Shown here: positions 49,779 through 58,815 of the stretch, one piece after another | Layout: every line of letters begins with the position of its first letter | How positions within the stretch are numbered: position 1 is the stretch's first letter | DNA from: Candidatus Limnocylindrales bacterium | Lineage (GTDB): Bacteria; Moduliflexota; Moduliflexia; Moduliflexales; JAUQPW01 | Reading direction: 5' to 3' | Length of the DNA: 64,000 nucleotides | NCBI GenBank assembly: GCA_035559535.1 | Contig: DATMBG010000006.1 | Coordinates: forward strand, 1-64,000 | Program-made: the position numbers and the translations under genes | The notes under the pieces: generated by a model | Told to the model about the DNA's origin: nothing | Seen by the model: only the letters and a program-made list of their open reading frames with translations | Databases searched by the model: none

Positions 49779-50774
49779 TTATTCTATATGGGTAAGTCCT
49801 GTCGCAAGCAATAATTGAATCACAGGAACTCCATTTTCAACTCTTTCCTTCTCCATACGTGTCCAATAAAGCCAGCTATCTGGATATCGCGCAACATAAT
49901 ACTCCAATTGTGTGAAGTAATTCTGGACAATTCCTTTGAAGACTTCCTCATCTTCTTGCTGGACTTTGATAGGTTCCTTAAAAACAAAATGATGGGTTCC
50001 GTCTTCCCGTCGGATTACAAAGCTTAGAACTATAGGCGCACCGCTTTTTGCAGCCATAAGAACAGGTCCAAGCGGCGCTTTCAGCTTGACATTAAAGAAG
50101 TTGACTAAGGTGAATTTTTTTCCTAGAGGTCCGTCCCCGGCTGCACTGATAACTCGATTTTCTGCCAGGGATCGATACTGGTTTATAACTGCAGAAACCA
50201 GGGATTTTGAGGAGGTAATAATCTGGAAATTTCCTCGTTCTTTCCAGATCGAAGATCTGAGGTCTAAGATTTTCTGGGAAATCCAGGGACTTGCCCCTTT
50301 CGTCCCTGTTAATACCAGGATAGGACTCATTTTGTAGCCTTTATAGGTCAGATAAGTAGCTATCAGATTGGCAGAGCTAAAATGAAAATTTACTCCTACA
50401 ACACCTTTCCCTTCGGCTAAGGCCTGATCTAGATAACTTATCCCTTCATTGCTACAGGCGTCAAAATATTTTTTATAATCCTCTCTCGCCATAATAAAGA
50501 GATCGGTATAGGCCTTTTGTTTATGGATATAAATACCCCGTACAACGGCTTTTTTCTCCTGAAAATTAAGTTTATCTCCCAAAACCATATCCAGATTATG
50601 GATTATTTTACGTTTTTGTTTAGAAGGGACAAACAAGTAATGGATACTACCCAGTAAGGTGGCTATCTGATAACCGATCCGGAAAGGTAAAACTTGAATT
50701 AGCCAGCGATAGGGATAATAAACCAGAAGTAAAGAAAAATCCTTAAGATAGCGCTTTATGGGGAATTCTTTCAT
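49779..50774 (-). CDS. LpxL/HtrB-like acyltransferase (paralog 3)
   Basis: GKGVV...FH, GP..MAAKSGAPIV and LE..V..YP..W.YW patterns. Confidence 0.82.
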   Translation of the reverse strand: MKEFPIKRYLKDFSLLLVYYPYRWLIQVLPFRIGYQIATLLGSIHYLFVPSKQKRKIIHNLDMVLGDKLNFQEKKAVVRGIYIHKQKAYTDLFIMAREDYKKYFDACSNEGISYLDQALAEGKGVVGVNFHFSSANLIATYLTYKGYKMSPILVLTGTKGASPWISQKILDLRSSIWKERGNFQIITSSKSLVSAVINQYRSLAENRVISAAGDGPLGKKFTLVNFFNVKLKAPLGPVLMAAKSGAPIVLSFVIRREDGTHHFVFKEPIKVQQEDEEVFKGIVQNYFTQLEYYVARYPDSWLYWTRMEKERVENGVPVIQLLLATGLTHIE

Positions 50775-50801
50775 AGAGTTTGACTGAGCTCACCAGAGGT
50801 T

Positions 50802-51773
50802 TTAATCGGTTATTCCGGGAATTACCTGCATTACAGGAACTCCATTCTCAAAACCTTCCTTCTCCATGCGTGCCCAATGGGTCCAATAATCGGGATGCTG
50901 GGAAATATAATGCTCTAAATGCCGGATATATTCCTGAACAGCTCCTTTTAAGATTTCTTCCTCCTCTCCCTCGACCTGAATCGGTTCTTTAAAGACGAAA
51001 TATTGCGTAAAGTCTTTTTGCAAAATCACAAAACCAGGAACTATCCCTGCGCCGCTTTTTGCAGCCATGAGGACAGGTCCCAGAGGAACTTTTAGTTTTA
51101 CATTAAAAAAGTCTACCAGAGTAAATCTTTTCCCAAGTGCCCCATCTCCCGTTGCATCGATAATTTGATTCTGCTTTAAGCACTCATACTGAATTCTAAC
51201 TAAAGACAACAGAGATTTCAAGGAGGTAATAACTTGATAATTTCCCCGTGTTTTCCAGATGGAACTTTTAATACCCAGGACCTTTTGTGAAACCCAGGGG
51301 CTGGTATCCTTGAGATGGGTGGGCAATACCAGTAAAGGAGTTATTTTATAACCTCGATAAGCTAAATAGGCTGAAACCAGATTAACAGGACCAAAATGAA
51401 AGGTGACGACTACTAAACCTTTACCTCGAGATAAAACTTCGTCTATATAATTCAGACCTTCTACCTTACAGGCCCGGAAATACTTCCCATAATCTTTTCT
51501 TCCCATAATAAAAAGATCCATGAGGATCCTGTGTTTAGTAGCATAAAAACGTTTTAAAATAGTTTTCTTTTCTTGAAGGTTAAACTTATCGCCAAAAATG
51601 AGATTTAAGTTAGTAAGAATTTGATGTTTTTGTTTAGGGGAAGCGAAGAGATATTGGATATTTCCCAATAAAGTAGCCAGCTTATAGCTAATCCGAAAGG
51701 GTAAAGTCTGGATTAGCCAACGATAGGGAAAATAAACCAGCAAAAGCAGGAGGTTTTTGAAATACAGCTTCAT
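50802..51773 (-). CDS. LpxL/HtrB-like acyltransferase (paralog 2)
   Basis: Same motifs as its paralogs. Start MKLYFK at 51773, by alignment with the paralogs. Confidence 0.82.
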   Translation of the reverse strand: MKLYFKNLLLLLVYFPYRWLIQTLPFRISYKLATLLGNIQYLFASPKQKHQILTNLNLIFGDKFNLQEKKTILKRFYATKHRILMDLFIMGRKDYGKYFRACKVEGLNYIDEVLSRGKGLVVVTFHFGPVNLVSAYLAYRGYKITPLLVLPTHLKDTSPWVSQKVLGIKSSIWKTRGNYQVITSLKSLLSLVRIQYECLKQNQIIDATGDGALGKRFTLVDFFNVKLKVPLGPVLMAAKSGAGIVPGFVILQKDFTQYFVFKEPIQVEGEEEEILKGAVQEYIRHLEHYISQHPDYWTHWARMEKEGFENGVPVMQVIPGITD

Positions 51774-51892
51774 GTTAATGATCCGGAGCGCCCTTGAACC
51801 CGGTACCCGGTTTTGTGAAATCGTATATGCACCTGTATAACAGAGGTTACGGCTTAAGACCTTAACACAGGCACAGCATGCTGTGTCCCTGC

Positions 51893-52026
51893 TACTTTGT
51901 AAAGTTAATGCTGTGTAACGCTCTGCCCTCACCCCAGGCCCCTCTCCTACGCTGCGGAGAGGGGTGAGAAGATCTCTGGGTTAGCTTCTGGTGAACCCCT
52001 TCTTCCGAAGCTTCGGGAGAGGGGTG
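51893..52026. mobile_element. MITE/REP-like element (CCCTCACCCC family)
   Basis: tactttgtaaagttaa...ccctcaccccaggcccctctcc..ggagagggg. Confidence 0.6.
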
Positions 52027-52211
52027 CTTTGGGAGTTGGCCTGTTTAAGGACTAAATCTCTATTCGTCCTATTCGATGAGATTCGGTCTCAACAAATTGT
52101 TCTGCCACCCCTTGTACCCATATAACCGATCATTTGGATGCTCGGCAATCCCATAGGCGAGTTAGATAAATACTCCCGGGCAATACCCTTTAGCCTACCT
52201 GATCGGTCAAG

Positions 52212-52227
52212 TGCATAATTCCTGCCA
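52212..52227 (-). promoter_or_regulatory. Candidate sigma-54 promoter (acyltransferase operon)
   Basis: TGGCAGGAATTATGCA, GG-N10-GC spacing. Confidence 0.55.
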
Positions 52228-52355
52228 GAAGTGGATTTTTATGGATTGCCTACTTCATAAGTTCAAGGGTAAGAATCGAAATCTTCGGGAACTTTGAACG
52301 TGTCTTTAAGGCAAGGGGAAAATGGAGGTTTTAAGTGGGATCGGAGAGATCAATG

Positions 52356-52412
52356 AAAAAGCCTAACTTCCTCCCTCCTGTCCTACAGAACCAGGAAGAT
52401 GAAAGTTAGGCC
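52356..52412 (-). terminator. Probable intrinsic terminator after the Cys-rich protein genes
   Basis: gcctaactt...aagttaggc stem followed by TTTTT on the minus strand. Confidence 0.55.
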
Positions 52413-52439
52413 GATAAAAGCTACTTTATAAAGGTTGAA

Positions 52440-52802
52440 TTATCGTGGAACACATAAACAAACGAAGTTTTTCTGGGCATACTCTTTCCCGTTAAAAGGC
52501 ACCAGGCAATTAAAGGTATCAGTTACATTCTTACCGGGAACATAACCTGAAGAATATTGTCTTCTCCCCCTCTTTGCTGATGTGGGTACACCGCAGACAA
52601 ATAGCTGAGCCGTTGCACCTGACTTACTTCCTTCAGCTCCCGCATAAACCGGAGCCTGACCGGCTCTGGTACAGGTCGTATCGCAATTGGTTCCAGGAGG
52701 TGCAGCTAACCAACTATAGTTGGCAGCCCAAACCAGATCTTCTACTAAAGAAATTCCTGTCAGTAAAACAGCTAAAGAGGCAATTAAAATTTTCGTTTTC
52801 AT
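52440..52802 (-). CDS. Secreted six-cysteine mini-protein (paralog 2)
   Basis: GGAGG RBS, signal peptide, CDTTC...VC...C...CLCVPR. Confidence 0.85.
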   Translation of the reverse strand: MKTKILIASLAVLLTGISLVEDLVWAANYSWLAAPPGTNCDTTCTRAGQAPVYAGAEGSKSGATAQLFVCGVPTSAKRGRRQYSSGYVPGKNVTDTFNCLVPFNGKEYAQKNFVCLCVPR

Positions 52803-52991
52803 AGCTAACCTCCCTTTTTAGAGAAAAATTATAAAAACTGCCCACCTTCGATCCCTTTATAAGAAGACGCACAAATAACTTTAAGGTTTCTAGGCTGATA
52901 AAGAAATGTCTCCTGGGCTTACTTCTCATTAACCTCCCTTGTAGGAAAAAATTTCTTTCCCTACAAGGGATTTCCTCCTTAGAAGGATAAA

Positions 52992-53348
52992 TTATCGAGG
53001 AACACACAAGCAAACAAAGCTTTGTATGACGTTTTCTTTTCCATTAAAAGGTACATTGCAGGTCGTTGTTGCCACTACATTCTTACCGGGGACAAATCCG
53101 GAGGAATATTGTTGTCTCTGTCTCTGATATATTTTAACATCCACGCCACAGACGTAAAGTTGCGTAGCTGCACCTGATTTGCTCCCCTCGGTTCCAGAAT
53201 ACACCGCGACCTGACCGGCTCTTCCGCAAGTGGTATCACAGTTGGTTCCCTGGGCAGGTATCCAGGTGTAATTGGCGGCTAAAGTACTCTGGGAGAATAA
53301 AAAAATTCCTACCACCAGCAAAGAGGGTACTAAAACTTTGGTTTTCAT
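52992..53348 (-). CDS. Secreted six-cysteine mini-protein (paralog 1)
   Basis: AGGAGG RBS, signal peptide, same Cys pattern. Confidence 0.85.
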   Translation of the reverse strand: MKTKVLVPSLLVVGIFLFSQSTLAANYTWIPAQGTNCDTTCGRAGQVAVYSGTEGSKSGAATQLYVCGVDVKIYQRQRQQYSSGFVPGKNVVATTTCNVPFNGKENVIQSFVCLCVPR

Positions 53349-53427
53349 AGGAGCCTCCTTTTTATCCGAAAGGTTAACAGTTGTTTTACTAACTTTTGTT
53401 AATTAAACGGATTATTACGGAGGCTAG

Positions 53428-53456
53428 ATACTAACGTTTTTTTATTCTTCCGTCAA
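53428..53456 (-). promoter_or_regulatory. Candidate sigma-70 promoter for the mini-protein genes
   Basis: TTGACG-N17-TAGTAT. Confidence 0.55.
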
Positions 53457-53499
53457 TCAAAAAGTTTATAAATTTTCTCCGGGTAACGGTATTTTTTCT

Positions 53500-55512
53500 T
53501 CAAAACCGCCAGGTCATTGACGCAAAAACCAATCTATCCAGGACGGCAACTTCACTTTCAGCATGGGGATCAACAAGATTTTGACCCGTTACGGCGACTT
53601 CAAGGGTATCATTCAAGAAAGTTTTAGCCACTCGAACATCCAATCGGGTGTATGGAGGCAAGGAAATAGTTGGATCGGAGAGGGGCGCAGTATGATCCAC
53701 GTAGCTTAACTGAAGATTGGTCGAAAACCCATTTGGAAACTTAGCCCTCAATCCCAGATTGACTTTATGCCGGGGCGTTGACTTATCCAGATCTCCGGGG
53801 CGCAAAGCGCCCTCATCGCTAATATCAATAAACTCATAGGTATAATTGGCTCTTCCCTGTAACCAGTCTGTTAAAGGGGTCATGACCTCTAATTCAACTC
53901 CCTTGGAAAAACCATTAAATCCATCACTGATAAAAGTAGCTCGTGTGACCCCTGGAGGAGGTGGTGCAGGAGCGCTCCTGGGGAATTTGTCGATATCATT
54001 ATAGTAGAGTTCTACGTTAAGGCGGAGTTTATCCCACAGATAAGTCCGGTAGCCTATTTCATAGGCGGTATTAATTGCAGAATCCAGGTTTGGGTTGGAA
54101 AGTCGAGCAACGATGGCACCGGTTGGTAGAGTTACCCGGGTTTCATTAAAGACCTCAAATTGGGAGGGGGGTAGGATGGCCTGTCCCATAGCAAATCGAA
54201 AGGTATGATTCTTCCAGGGAGTATAAAGGAGAGTTCCTCGGGGGGCCACATCGGTTCCAGAAAGAGTATTATCCTGAACCCGTATTCCGGCAACCAAAGT
54301 TAACTGATCTGATGGTTTGTATTCATCCTGAATATAGAAGCCCAAGGCGCTATCCTGGCGACTGTGGATATTACCCTGGGGAGCATCCAAAAAATCCAGA
54401 ATATAATCTCCACCGAATACCAATTGATGTTGGGGGAGGAAAGAGAAGTTATATTGAAATTCTGCACCCAAAGTATCCATATCAAACTCTCGAATCCCGG
54501 AGACGGGATTCAAGAAGATGAACTTTGCGTTGGTGACATTCCAGTATCCTTGAACAAAAAGAGTTGAAGTGGGAGAAAACCGATTTTCATACCAACTCTG
54601 TAGGAAAAAACTTTCGAACTCTTCATGACCCGGTTCTCCGGCCGGATTTGCAGGAACGGGAAAACTTCCGGATCGGTCTCCGGTAAGATAACCTGTGGAG
54701 AGATGAAAATCTGAATCTTCAGACAGGTGATATTTAGCCCGAAAGGTCGCCTTGGGAATACGTTTTGCGTCCTCTAAGGGAGTTCCCTGCAGGCTCTTAT
54801 CGAAACCGGTATCCTGTTCATAACTGGTGGAGAGCCGATAGGAAAATTTATCATTATACACCTGATCATAAATGAGCGTTGCGAGGCCTAATTCCTCATT
54901 ACCTCCAAGGGTAGAGGAGAGAGTCCATCCCTTATACTTTTCTGGATCTTTCGTAATGATATTAATAACCCCTGTAAAGGCATTAATCCCATACAAGGTA
55001 GAACCGGGACCTCGAAGGATTTCAATGCGCTCGATATCCTCTAAAGAAAGGGGGAAGGTTCTCCAGAAAGTTCCACCCTGTTGATGGAGAAAAATAATAC
55101 GTCGATCGATCATCACGAGCATGGTTCTGGCGGTTTCCGAAGCAAATCCACGGGCTGACACTACAGAGCGAGGCCCATCCAGGGTTATAACATCCATACC
55201 CGGGATCATCCTGAAGAGATCTATAACATTCGTAGCTCCAGACTGTCGAATATCGTCAGCGGTGATAACGGAAACTGCTGAAGGGGATTCACTTAGATGC
55301 TGGAGTCTCCGGGAACCGATGGCAACAAGTTGCTCAACACGAAAAAACTCTTCTTCCCGGAAGATCGATCTATCCTCAGAAATAACCTGAGCGAGTATCT
55401 GGGGAGTTAAGAGATAAGAGATAAAAGATAAAAGAAAAAAAGTTCCTTCTAACAGCCGGACCCAAAAGGTCTCGCATTTCCAAGTAGAATGGCCTGGTCG
55501 TATGCTTTTCAT
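53500..55512 (-). CDS. TonB-dependent outer membrane receptor
   Basis: Plug (SVITADDI...IERIEILRGPGSTLYG.NA..GVINIITK); barrel ending WRF. Start probably MKSIR at 55512. Confidence 0.92.
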   Translation of the reverse strand: MKSIRPGHSTWKCETFWVRLLEGTFFLLSFISYLLTPQILAQVISEDRSIFREEEFFRVEQLVAIGSRRLQHLSESPSAVSVITADDIRQSGATNVIDLFRMIPGMDVITLDGPRSVVSARGFASETARTMLVMIDRRIIFLHQQGGTFWRTFPLSLEDIERIEILRGPGSTLYGINAFTGVINIITKDPEKYKGWTLSSTLGGNEELGLATLIYDQVYNDKFSYRLSTSYEQDTGFDKSLQGTPLEDAKRIPKATFRAKYHLSEDSDFHLSTGYLTGDRSGSFPVPANPAGEPGHEEFESFFLQSWYENRFSPTSTLFVQGYWNVTNAKFIFLNPVSGIREFDMDTLGAEFQYNFSFLPQHQLVFGGDYILDFLDAPQGNIHSRQDSALGFYIQDEYKPSDQLTLVAGIRVQDNTLSGTDVAPRGTLLYTPWKNHTFRFAMGQAILPPSQFEVFNETRVTLPTGAIVARLSNPNLDSAINTAYEIGYRTYLWDKLRLNVELYYNDIDKFPRSAPAPPPPGVTRATFISDGFNGFSKGVELEVMTPLTDWLQGRANYTYEFIDISDEGALRPGDLDKSTPRHKVNLGLRAKFPNGFSTNLQLSYVDHTAPLSDPTISLPPYTRLDVRVAKTFLNDTLEVAVTGQNLVDPHAESEVAVLDRLVFASMTWRF

Positions 55513-55563
55513 CAACTTATTAAGTAAAGAAAGACACTTAAATTCAGAAAGGCAGTAACCCTC

Positions 55564-55592
55564 GTAGGGGCATGGCGGTGCCATGCCCCTAC
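55564..55592. repeat. GTAG-type REP palindrome
   Basis: gtaggggcatggc-ggt-gccatgcccctac. Confidence 0.8.
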
Positions 55593-55621
55593 ATAATCGG
55601 TTAGTAGCCAAGGGAACTTAT

Positions 55622-57424
55622 TTATCTCCGTTTGCCAGGTTCCAGCCAGCAGCGTTCCCGCTGCCAGGGATAAGAGGGCAGTCCGACGCACTGCCCGTCG
55701 GTTGGATAGAGCCAGCTCCAGTCGATGGAATACCCCAAGGTATAGAGGGCACCCAGAGACCGAAGCATGGTCATTCGGTCTTCTTTTCCATCGAGAGGGG
55801 ATCGATCCATGATTCCTTTCTGGTCATTAGAGTTTGAAGTCTTTCGGCCTGAAGAGATATTCGGGTGAACTTCTCCCCGAAGAAAAATCTCCAGACACCG
55901 GATGAGTTCCTCCCGCGAGCGAAATACCAGGGCCAGGCGGTAGTCGTGATGACTTCGCCGTACACTGGCCGTATAACACAGATCTCGTAACGAAACGGCA
56001 GAGCCAGTATTTCCAACTCCTAAAAAGCTCTGATATGCCTGTACAAGAGCCTGAAGAGCTTTCTGGCTGTGTGCGGATAACGGAAGCAGGTACGGTGGAT
56101 CCAAAGGGAGGTCTTTCTCCTGTTTATAGGCTTCTGGAACTCCTGGAGTTCCCTCTAAAACGGCATGGGCGTTGGTTCCCCCGAAGCCAAAGGAACTCAC
56201 TCCGGCGAGAGTTGGACCGGATTCCTGGGGCCAGGGGCCCAGAGTTTGTTGAACTAGCAGTAGGAGCTCCTCAAAAGGGATATGTGGATTAGGTTTGTGG
56301 AAATGTAAGCTCGGGGGGAGCTCGCGGTGTCTAAGGGCCAATACGGTTTTAACCAGACCGGCGATACCTGCTGCGGTTTCCAGATGTCCAATATTGGTCT
56401 TGACTGAACCTATAGCACAATAGTGTCCGGGAGGACGGTCTATTGCAAGGACAGTCCCCAGTGCCTGGGCTTCAATGGGATCCCCCAAGAGGGTTCCTGT
56501 ACCATGGGCTTCAATATACTGAACCTGACCCGGTGAAACTTCGGCCTGCCGGTAAGCTTCTCGCAACACCTCTTCCTGAGCCCACCGGTTAGGAGCCGTG
56601 AGTCCGTTGGTGCGTCCGTTATTATTGATAGCACTTCCCCGAATAACAGCATAAATCGGATCATGATCGGTCAGGGCGTTTGACAGGGGTTTTAAGACCA
56701 CCATACCGGCCCCTTCACCACGAACATAGCCATTTGCCCCTGCATCAAAAGCCTTGCAACGACCCTCGGGAGATAGAGCCCTTGCTTTACTGAAGCCAAT
56801 GGTAAGTTCTGGTGATAGGATGACGTTTACCCCCCCGGCCAGGGCAAGGGAAGATTCATGGGTCCAGAGACTTTGGCAGGCAAGATGGACGGCAACCAGG
56901 GAGGAGGAGCAGGCCGTATCTATGGAAATACTGGGTCCTCTAAAATCAAAGAGATAAGAAATACGATTCGATGCAATGGATAATAAGTTACCGGTATTCG
57001 TGTAAGCATTGATGAAATCAGGATTGCTTAATTGCATCCGACCGTAATCTCCGGGTCCAATTCCAATAAATACCCCCGTTCGGGTACCTGCCAGCCGATC
57101 TACCACCTGTCCGGCATCTTCGAGGGCTTCCCAGGCTACCTCCAACAAGAGTCGTTGTTGGGGATCCATTCGAGCAGCTTCCCATGAGAGGATCTTGAAA
57201 AAGTGATAATCAAATTGATCTATCTGCTCCAGAAAGCCCCCCCAACGCGTGTTCATTTTGCCCGGTGCTTTAAGATCGGGGTGGTAAAAGGCTTGCAAAT
57301 CCCAACGATCCGCCGGAACTTCTGTGACGGCATCTACTCCGTCCCGGAGAAGCCGCCAGAAAGCCTCTAGATTTCCGGCACCCGGGAAACGACAAGCCAT
57401 ACCGATAACCGCGATAGGTTCCAT
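55622..57424 (-). CDS. Stand-alone type I PKS ketosynthase without AT domain
   Basis: EPIAVIGMACRFPG, DPQQR, DTACSSS, EAHGTGT and NIGHLE motifs; KS-AT linker joined almost directly to the post-AT LPSYPWQRERCW. Confidence 0.92.
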   Translation of the reverse strand: MEPIAVIGMACRFPGAGNLEAFWRLLRDGVDAVTEVPADRWDLQAFYHPDLKAPGKMNTRWGGFLEQIDQFDYHFFKILSWEAARMDPQQRLLLEVAWEALEDAGQVVDRLAGTRTGVFIGIGPGDYGRMQLSNPDFINAYTNTGNLLSIASNRISYLFDFRGPSISIDTACSSSLVAVHLACQSLWTHESSLALAGGVNVILSPELTIGFSKARALSPEGRCKAFDAGANGYVRGEGAGMVVLKPLSNALTDHDPIYAVIRGSAINNNGRTNGLTAPNRWAQEEVLREAYRQAEVSPGQVQYIEAHGTGTLLGDPIEAQALGTVLAIDRPPGHYCAIGSVKTNIGHLETAAGIAGLVKTVLALRHRELPPSLHFHKPNPHIPFEELLLLVQQTLGPWPQESGPTLAGVSSFGFGGTNAHAVLEGTPGVPEAYKQEKDLPLDPPYLLPLSAHSQKALQALVQAYQSFLGVGNTGSAVSLRDLCYTASVRRSHHDYRLALVFRSREELIRCLEIFLRGEVHPNISSGRKTSNSNDQKGIMDRSPLDGKEDRMTMLRSLGALYTLGYSIDWSWLYPTDGQCVGLPSYPWQRERCWLEPGKRR

Positions 57425-57451
57425 TTTCTCCCGTCCTCTATAGCTTTTCCA

Positions 57452-57757
57452 TTAAGTACGGGCGATCTGCTGGTCGCTCCTACCGTTCCAGGATTGTTCC
57501 AGGATCAGATTAATCAGGTCTTCAACGGTACTAACTTTTGTAAAATCCACCGAATCCAGCCGGATAGAAAATGCTTTTTCTATAACAATAATCATCTCTA
57601 CCGTATCCAGGGATTTGATACCCAGATCTTCTTGCAAGCGGGTATCCAAAGTAAGGAATTCAATATCTTCGGGATTCAAGATATCCCTTAAAAGGGTCCG
57701 AAGATTTTCAAAAACCTCTTCCTTGGATAAGGTTTGATTTTGTTTTACAGATGACAT
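57452..57757 (-). CDS. Acyl carrier protein
   Basis: DLGIKSLDTVE...E..F.I (Ppant Ser in KSL). Confidence 0.82.
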   Translation of the reverse strand: MSSVKQNQTLSKEEVFENLRTLLRDILNPEDIEFLTLDTRLQEDLGIKSLDTVEMIIVIEKAFSIRLDSVDFTKVSTVEDLINLILEQSWNGRSDQQIART

Positions 57758-57775
57758 GTAGCCCCTTCCTTTCTA

Positions 57776-58756
57776 TTAAGTTTCAAAAGGTTTTCGTGTA
57801 ACCAGCCGTATCAAAGGTATACCACCCTCAAACCCTTCTATCTCCATCCGATTCCAATAACCCCAATGGGCCGGATATCGGGAAACATAATGTTCCAGAC
57901 GTTGAATGTATCTCTGAACGGCCATCTTCAAGGTTTCTTCCTCTTCATTAGCTACTTGAATCGGTTCTTCAAAGATAATATGGTGCGCATTATCTTTTCG
58001 TCGGATTACAAAGTTCGGAACCAGGGCTGCTCCGGTTTTTGCGGATAAAAGAGCAGGTCCAAGGGGAACTTTCAGTTTTACATTGAAAAAATCGACCAAG
58101 ATAAATCTTTCCCCCAGAGCTCCATCTCCGGCTGCACTGACAATATAGTTCTGTCTTAGATGCTGATATTGGGCTACAACCATGTAGGTAAGAGATTTCA
58201 GGGAAGAAAAAATCTGAAAATTCCCGCGTTCTTTCCAAATAGAATGCTTGATATTTAGAACTTGTTGGGAGAGCCAGGGATTAACTCCTTCGATAGGAGA
58301 CTGCAGGACCAGAAAACCGACGATTTTTTTATAGCCCTTATAAAGGGCAAAAGGTGGAATCAGGTGAGCAAAACCAAAGTGGAAGTTGAGTCCGATCATT
58401 CCCTTTCCTTGGGATAAAACCTGATCCACATAATCCAGACCTTCTATACTGCAAATCTGAAGATAATTTTTGTAATCTTTTCTTCCCAGGATAAAAAGAT
58501 CCACAATCTTTTTCTGTTTCTCAACGTAGAAGTCCCGCAGGATGGTTTTTTTCTCCCGAGTATCGAGTTTATTACCGAAAACTAAATCAAGATAGGAAAA
58601 GAACCGATGTTTTTGATGGGAGGAAAGAACTTTGTATTGGATATTTCCAAACAGAGTAGCTATTGAACAGCTTATTTGAAAAGGTAAAGCCTGAACGAGC
58701 CAGCGGTAAGGGAAACAGACCAATAACAGAAAAAAGTCTTTAAAATATTGTTTCAT
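57776..58756 (-). CDS. LpxL/HtrB-like acyltransferase (paralog 1)
   Basis: GKG.I...FH, GP..LSAKTGA and LE..VSRYP.HW patterns. Confidence 0.82.
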   Translation of the reverse strand: MKQYFKDFFLLLVCFPYRWLVQALPFQISCSIATLFGNIQYKVLSSHQKHRFFSYLDLVFGNKLDTREKKTILRDFYVEKQKKIVDLFILGRKDYKNYLQICSIEGLDYVDQVLSQGKGMIGLNFHFGFAHLIPPFALYKGYKKIVGFLVLQSPIEGVNPWLSQQVLNIKHSIWKERGNFQIFSSLKSLTYMVVAQYQHLRQNYIVSAAGDGALGERFILVDFFNVKLKVPLGPALLSAKTGAALVPNFVIRRKDNAHHIIFEEPIQVANEEEETLKMAVQRYIQRLEHYVSRYPAHWGYWNRMEIEGFEGGIPLIRLVTRKPFET

Positions 58757-58815
58757 TTTTCTTTCTGTTTATCGTCTCTAACCAACCTTTTCTATAAAAA
58801 AGGTCTCGTTTTGGA

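Noticed and set aside
52440-53348. RiPP precursors
   Set aside because: Sec-type signal peptides, an even Cys count and no recognisable RiPP maturase favour disulfide-bonded secreted proteins.
44891-57424. Enediyne cluster suggested by the UnbV domain plus PKS
   Set aside because: The KS is a 600-aa stand-alone protein, not a multidomain PKSE; no cognate thioesterase or UnbL/UnbU recognised.
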